The notes under the pieces are model-generated. The model worked only from the letters and a program-made list of their open reading frames with translations. It was not told where the DNA came from and ran no database searches. From positions 6,038,544 through 6,102,543 of the forward strand of contig BFEA01000008.1 of the NCBI GenBank assembly GCA_003427395.1: 64,000 nt of DNA, written 5' to 3'. A program made the translations under genes and the position numbers. The stretch comes from Chara braunii (taxonomy: Eukaryota; Plantae; Charophyceae). Shown one piece after another: positions 62,698 through 64,000 of this stretch. Within the stretch, counting starts at the first letter, position 1; the number at the start of each line of letters is the position of its first letter.

Positions 62698-64000
62698 TGT
62701 CGGGCGCATCGGTCCGGCACCGCACGCGGCAGCGCGGGACCCTCTCGGCCGCGTCACGCAGTAGTTAGACCAACCTTGCCGCGAACACACAAATGGAGCT
62801 TCCTAAGGCCGCTCCTGCCGAGTGCGCGAACCATACCTCTCGCGAGCCTCTACGACAGGATAGGGCCTACGCGAGGCACAACTTACCTCCACCTTACGGG
62901 AGTTGTCACCTCCCTTCGGTGGGCGTATCCCCGTCGAGCTACCAGTCCACAGTACGAAAGTTAATCAGTTGCAATCGCAGAGGTGGATCAGCCGAGGGCA
63001 TTTCTCGTTCCCTGTAGCATAGGGGGTACGCGCGGTAATACGCCTATCGGACCCGCACGCGAACCGACATCTTGGGGGGCTGAAGTCCTAAGCGCGGTCT
63101 GTCGTCGGTCGACTAGGAGGCATCCCACACACCACGCGCACACCATTTTAGGAACACGAAAATAAAACACACACACGTACATACAACACGACACAACACA
63201 AACAACGCGACAATGCTCCTCGCCCCTCGGTAGCCAACCCATAATTTTTCGATGCTGAAATCGGATAGGCTCCCTGCGCGAGACCTAATATAAAACCGCG
63301 CGGACGTAGGGCCTACTTACATCGACTCGCAATGCAGGCGAACGCAAGCAGTCGCAATGATGGCGTACCATGTAGTACCCATAATCATGCGGCCCTCGTT
63401 AATCTCGAGGGTCGCATTCGACACTCAAGTGTCGGCTGACACGCGCCTTGAGGGTTAATCTCTCGACGCTAGACAACCGCCATGCGTGGTTGAAGATCAC
63501 ACACCCTCTTCTACACTCTGTGCAGAGTGGGTGGTACACAGATCCATACCTGTGGTGGCAGTCGTTTCTTGCGGCCCTGGAGGTAAGTCCTACTCCAGGC
63601 CTGGGCAAAAGTCAAGGGGTTTGACTTTGACGGCTGCCACGGACTACAACGTTCAACCATACAACTCTAAAAAGCAAGGGTAAAAAGAGAATCCCCCTTT
63701 TCTCTCAAGACACAATCTGGTTAACCCTTAATATGCTCAATTACAGTAGGCCTCTCAAATACTCAGGGCGCTTATAAGTATATAAGGGTCGATTATATAG
63801 TACGGTCACTTCTCACAGTCGCAGTGAGACTCCTCTCAGCCATATATGTATGAAATCGCAGACAATCACATCCAGAGTCCGAACCACAACCATACCNGCA
63901 ATCATATCAAAGATTCAACCAGAAGTCCACGCACTACACGGGGTCAACTTCAACCATTCCTCGCACTCATACCCCTCGCTTTAGCCGTACAAGCCTCACT
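62698..64000 (+). mobile_element. Start of a second copy of the giant TG...CA element or LTR family
   Basis: Begins TGTCG; 62698-63660 is an inverted match to ~10520-11440; TATAAAA near 63290; runs off the window. Confidence 0.8.

Overview
Eukaryotic, repeat-dense window made almost entirely of nested, degenerate transposable elements. No intact host gene, rRNA or CRISPR is visible. Element types and sequence style suggest a large-genome green plant or streptophyte alga such as Chara (inference only). Left part: an L1-type LINE (minus, <1 to ~16030) sits in a second L1. A hAT-like element (4282-12176, 8-bp TSD) interrupts it and itself carries a 7.0-kb non-coding TG...CA element with a 4-bp TSD (candidate giant solo LTR). 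Middle: a chromoviral Gypsy with two LTRs but no RT/RNaseH (18652-26929), a truncated relative (37795-41822), and pieces of a very large Gypsy lineage (extra ORF plus gag on minus at 31.5-36.7 kb; PR-RT-RH-INT, a downstream extra ORF and a probable multi-kb 3' LTR on plus at 41.8-58.5 kb). Right part: a third chromovirus whose chromodomain contains an AT-hook-like insert, interrupted by a tRNA-derived SINE, which is interrupted by a second copy of the giant TG...CA element. Best leads: (1) an extra pre-gag ORF with a duplicated, unrecognised ~85-aa domain; (2) ~7-kb LTRs carrying repeat arrays; (3) the AT-hook inside a chromodomain; (4) a retroposed LINE fragment with a 185-bp-arm fold-back hairpin; (5) a ~370-codon in-frame region upstream of the L1 endonuclease. 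All coordinates and alignments were made by eye and no searches were run.
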